In this document: in pieces, positions 15,346-17,277 of the stretch
Position numbering within the stretch: position 1 is the first letter of the stretch
Layout: each line of letters begins with the position of its first letter
DNA from: Nitrospinales bacterium
GTDB lineage: Bacteria; Nitrospinota; Nitrospinia; Nitrospinales; VA-1
Assembly (NCBI GenBank): GCA_965223345.1
Contig: CBDCWG010000005.1
Coordinates: 1 to 17,277, forward strand
Reading direction: 5' to 3'
Length of the DNA: 17,277 bases
The notes under the pieces: model-generated
What the model was told of the DNA's origin: nothing
Database searches by the model: none
The model's input: the letters and a program-made list of their open reading frames with translations, nothing else
Made by a program: the position numbers and the translations under genes

Positions 15346-16296
15346 TCAGGCTTTCTTCTGCAGGGAGGATTCCTTCACGGCCTGAGCCACGTGGTTGGAG
15401 GACAGGCCGTATTTTTCGAACAGTTCCGCAGCGGACCCGGTTTCCGCGAATTGATCCTCAACGGCCACTTTTCGGAAGGGAACGTGGATCTCGTTTTCCA
15501 GCAGCACTTCGCCGACCGCGTCGCCCAGGCCGCCGATGCGGTTGTGGTCCTCGGCTGTGACGACGGCTTCATGCATCTTCGCCTGCTCGACGATGAGATC
15601 GCGGTCGATCGGCTTGAGGGTGGCGATGTTGACGACCGTGGGCTCCAGCCCTTCCTGTTTCAGCGCGTCGCACGCCTTGAGGCTTTCCTGAACCATGATG
15701 CCGGTGGCGAAGATGACCACCCCCCTGCCCTGTCTGATGACGCTGCCCTTGCCGATTTCAAAGCGGTGGGTTTCGTCGTAAACGCCCATCACCTTGGAAC
15801 GGCCCAGCCGCAGATAGGCGGGGCCTTTGTGGGTCATCAGCGCCTTGGTGGCCTGCCTGGCTTCCTCGAAGTCGGCGGGCTGGATCACCGTCATGTTGGG
15901 GATGGCGCGGGTGTAGGCGAGATCCACGATCATCTGCGCCGAGGGGCCGTCCTCGCCCACGGCGATGCCGGCGTGCGTGCCCACCAGCTTGACGTTGGTG
16001 TTGGAGTAGGCCAGGCTCACCAGGATCTGGTCCATGCTGCGGCCGAGCAGAAAGCAGGCGAAGCTGGTGGCGAAGGGGACCTTTCCGGTGGTCGCGAAAC
16101 CGGCGGCGGTGCACACCATGTCGCCTTCGCTGATGCCCATATTGAAAAAACGATGCGGGTGCGCCTGCCCGAATTTTTTCGTGCGCGTGCTGTCGGAAAC
16201 CCCGGCGTCGAGCACGACGATGTCCGGGTGTTCGCCGATTTCCAGGAGCGCCGCTCCGTATCCGTCCCGGGTTGCCCCTTCGCTTGCGGTTGCCAT
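15346..16296 (-). CDS. Transketolase, C-terminal (pyrimidine-binding) subunit
   Basis: ATRDGYG.AL, RFFNMGISE, THAGIAVGEDGPS, GPAYLRLGR and EDHN.IGGLG motifs. GGAAGG RBS supports ATG 16296. Confidence 0.92.
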   Translation of the reverse strand: MATASEGATRDGYGAALLEIGEHPDIVVLDAGVSDSTRTKKFGQAHPHRFFNMGISEGDMVCTAAGFATTGKVPFATSFACFLLGRSMDQILVSLAYSNTNVKLVGTHAGIAVGEDGPSAQMIVDLAYTRAIPNMTVIQPADFEEARQATKALMTHKGPAYLRLGRSKVMGVYDETHRFEIGKGSVIRQGRGVVIFATGIMVQESLKACDALKQEGLEPTVVNIATLKPIDRDLIVEQAKMHEAVVTAEDHNRIGGLGDAVGEVLLENEIHVPFRKVAVEDQFAETGSAAELFEKYGLSSNHVAQAVKESSLQKKA

Positions 16297-16345
16297 CGTG
16301 TTTCCTTCCAAAAAATATATTAACGTTGCCGCTTAAAAAGCGGAG

Positions 16346-17176
16346 TCATTGAAGTTCCTTAAGCGCTTTCGCCAGGTCCTCGTCCGAAGGCGCGACGCCG
16401 TGCCAGGCCGGTTTGCCTTCCATGAAGCTCACGCCCTTGCCCTTGATGGTGTCGGCGATGATGGCGCGCGGCTTGTCCGGGTGCGGCGGCATCTGCAGGG
16501 CCTTCATGACGGCGGCCATGTCGTGTCCGTCGATCCTGTGCGTGTCCCAGCCGAACGTGCGCCATTTTTCATCGAGCGGTTCCAGGTCTTTCAGTTCCTT
16601 GGTGGTGCTGTCCTGACAGACCTTGTTGAAGTCCACGATCGCCGTGAGGTTCGTGCTCTTGAACTTGGCGGCGGACATGGCCGCTTCCCAGATCTGGCCT
16701 TCCTGCAGCTCTCCGTCTCCCAGAACCACGTAGGCGCGGTAATCCTTGTTGTCGATCCTCGCGCCCATCGCGATGCCGTGGGCGACGCTGAGCCCCTGCC
16801 CCAGGCTGCCGGAGGCGATCTCGACGCCCGGCACCTTGGGATGCGCGTGCCCCGACAGAAAAAACGGGCTGTTGATCTTGCGGTAGGTGTCCAGCTCCTC
16901 TTCCGGGAAAAAACCCGCCCGCGACAGGACCACGTACAGCAGCGCCGAGGCGTGCCCCTTGCTCAGAAGGAACCGGTCCCGGTCCGGCATCTGCGGGTTG
17001 CGCGGATCGTAGTTGAGGATGCCGCCGAAATAAAGCGCGGTCAACAGATCCGCGGCGGAAAGGCTGCCGCCGGGATGGCCGGAGCCCGCTTTGTGGATCA
17101 CCTTGAGGCTTTTGATGCGGATCTCGTTGGCGATCTTTTTGAGATCCTCGATCGAGGTTGTCTGAGTCTGTGTCAT
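16346..17176 (-). CDS. Transketolase, N-terminal (TPP-binding) subunit
   Basis: SGHPGGSLS, DRDRFLLSKGH, SGSLGQGLS, TPP motif GDGELQEGQIWEA..N, and TIKGKGVSFME...WHG. Confidence 0.94.
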   Translation of the reverse strand: MTQTQTTSIEDLKKIANEIRIKSLKVIHKAGSGHPGGSLSAADLLTALYFGGILNYDPRNPQMPDRDRFLLSKGHASALLYVVLSRAGFFPEEELDTYRKINSPFFLSGHAHPKVPGVEIASGSLGQGLSVAHGIAMGARIDNKDYRAYVVLGDGELQEGQIWEAAMSAAKFKSTNLTAIVDFNKVCQDSTTKELKDLEPLDEKWRTFGWDTHRIDGHDMAAVMKALQMPPHPDKPRAIIADTIKGKGVSFMEGKPAWHGVAPSDEDLAKALKELQ

Positions 17177-17277
17177 GTGTTTGGTGGTTTAGTGCTGAAA
17201 AAACGGGATGCTTACCGGATGCAGGCTAACACATCCCCGGAGGGGTTTCTATCAAATTGTCATTCGCTGTGCACGGG

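Overview
GC-rich bacterial chromosomal window of mostly housekeeping and accessory genes. The gene style tentatively suggests a Nitrospina-like or deltaproteobacterial-type organism, which cannot be proven from the sequence alone. Left to right: a partial membrane protein with a pilin-like C-terminus, a PhnB/VOC protein, a stand-alone receiver domain, a sigma54-preceded DUF3568-like lipoprotein, a tatA - DUF1538 - DUF1538 - PII-like - CBS cluster, an LRR protein and an orphan flgM. Next come a ~900-bp structured non-coding gap, a sigma54-preceded 70-aa protein, copZ, a ubiE/menG - htrA - GRDP-like operon, a DJ-1/YajL gene, a Cys-rich small protein and an asnB-family amidotransferase. A ~2-kb AT-rich decaying islet (membrane ORF, insertion-disrupted VOC gene, probably frameshifted PD-(D/E)XK nuclease) is bracketed by short repeats and followed by a split transketolase. 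The best leads are the DUF1538 pair + PII-like + CBS module (a putative nucleotide-regulated transporter), a candidate ~370-nt ncRNA at 6424-6800, and the islet with its hairpin-ended 50-bp insertion.
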